From Mytilus edulis (taxonomy: Eukaryota), in assembly GCF_963676685.1 (NCBI RefSeq), contig NC_092356.1:26412001-26476000 (forward strand): 64,000 bases of DNA, in the 5' to 3' direction. Positions 63,351 through 64,000 of this stretch are shown here, piece by piece; position 1 is the first letter of the stretch, and every line of letters starts with the position of its first letter. The translations under genes and the position numbers were made by a program. The notes beneath the pieces are model-generated. The model had not been told where the DNA came from. It made no database searches and saw nothing but the letters and a program-made list of their open reading frames with translations.

Positions 63351-64000
63351 ACTCGATCTTCTGCTGAGAATAAATATAATAAATCCAAATGATCTCTATA
63401 TATAATAACGGTATGGTACAACCCATAAGACATGTTTACATTGGTTGCATAGTGGGTGTACGCAAACATCGTACCATTTTAAGTAAACTTTATCAAACTT
63501 TATTTATTTTTTCTATAGAATTGATACAATAAATTGATTTTGTGTTTGTTTGAAGGTTGCCATTGACCGTCAAAGTCATTTCTTTATCACTATTTAACTT
63601 TGCTTTTTCGTTTTGTTAATCTTTTGGTAATTTTTAATTTTTCAATGTCATCTTATCTGAAAGTTTAACTTTATTCTAAATTGTATGCCAATATGTGCCT
63701 TACTCCTGTCATTCGGTTACATTTATCAAACTTTTAGTGGTTTTAAAAAGTCATTTCACCTGCAATTTGTGTTTTATTAAAACTAAATATTAGAATTAAT
63801 GCATGTGTCATACTGATTTGTTTTATTTATTTGTATGTTAAAAGTAAAATGTGAAGAGATATTTTCGTCTTGTCTATTCATAAATGTGTACATACATATA
63901 CAGTATAATCCAAACTAAACTAATATTAAACAATATGCTAAAATATGATGGATCACCAGCTAAGGTTGATATTTCTTCAAAGAAAGATGGTGTCCTCTTT

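Overview
AT-rich, repeat-dense animal genomic DNA with spliceosomal introns. The gene and repeat content resembles a bivalve mollusc such as a Mytilus mussel (inference). All host genes are on the minus strand. (1) A 3-exon secreted PAN/Apple + C-type lectin gene with a QPD motif (4009-19732, 227 aa). (2) A decayed, internally deleted alpha-carbonic anhydrase gene (22602-31559). (3) Two tandem intronless TRIM-like genes (RING, B-boxes, coiled coil, beta-propeller), one intact (46179-48113) and one pseudogenised (41031-42957). (4) A 10-exon secreted CAP/CRISP-EGF-ShKT gene (54600-63350, 303 aa). A divergently oriented, 5'-truncated retroelement starts about 200 bp upstream of each TRIM copy: a Penelope-like RT in one case and a CR1/L2-group LINE in the other. 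The main hidden layer is RNA-level. At least ten copies of a type I hammerhead-ribozyme (HHR) repeat of the retrozyme type are scattered through the window. A ~397-bp tandem array fuses such a repeat to the 3' half of the last lectin exon. The Penelope-like element lacks a C-terminal endonuclease and ends in an unusual hammerhead whose enlarged loop II can pair with both flanks. The rest is MITEs, Helitron/Helentron-type elements, SINE-like repeats, LINE tails, a minisatellite and a 160-bp palindrome. All calls were made by eye; no searches or folding were run.
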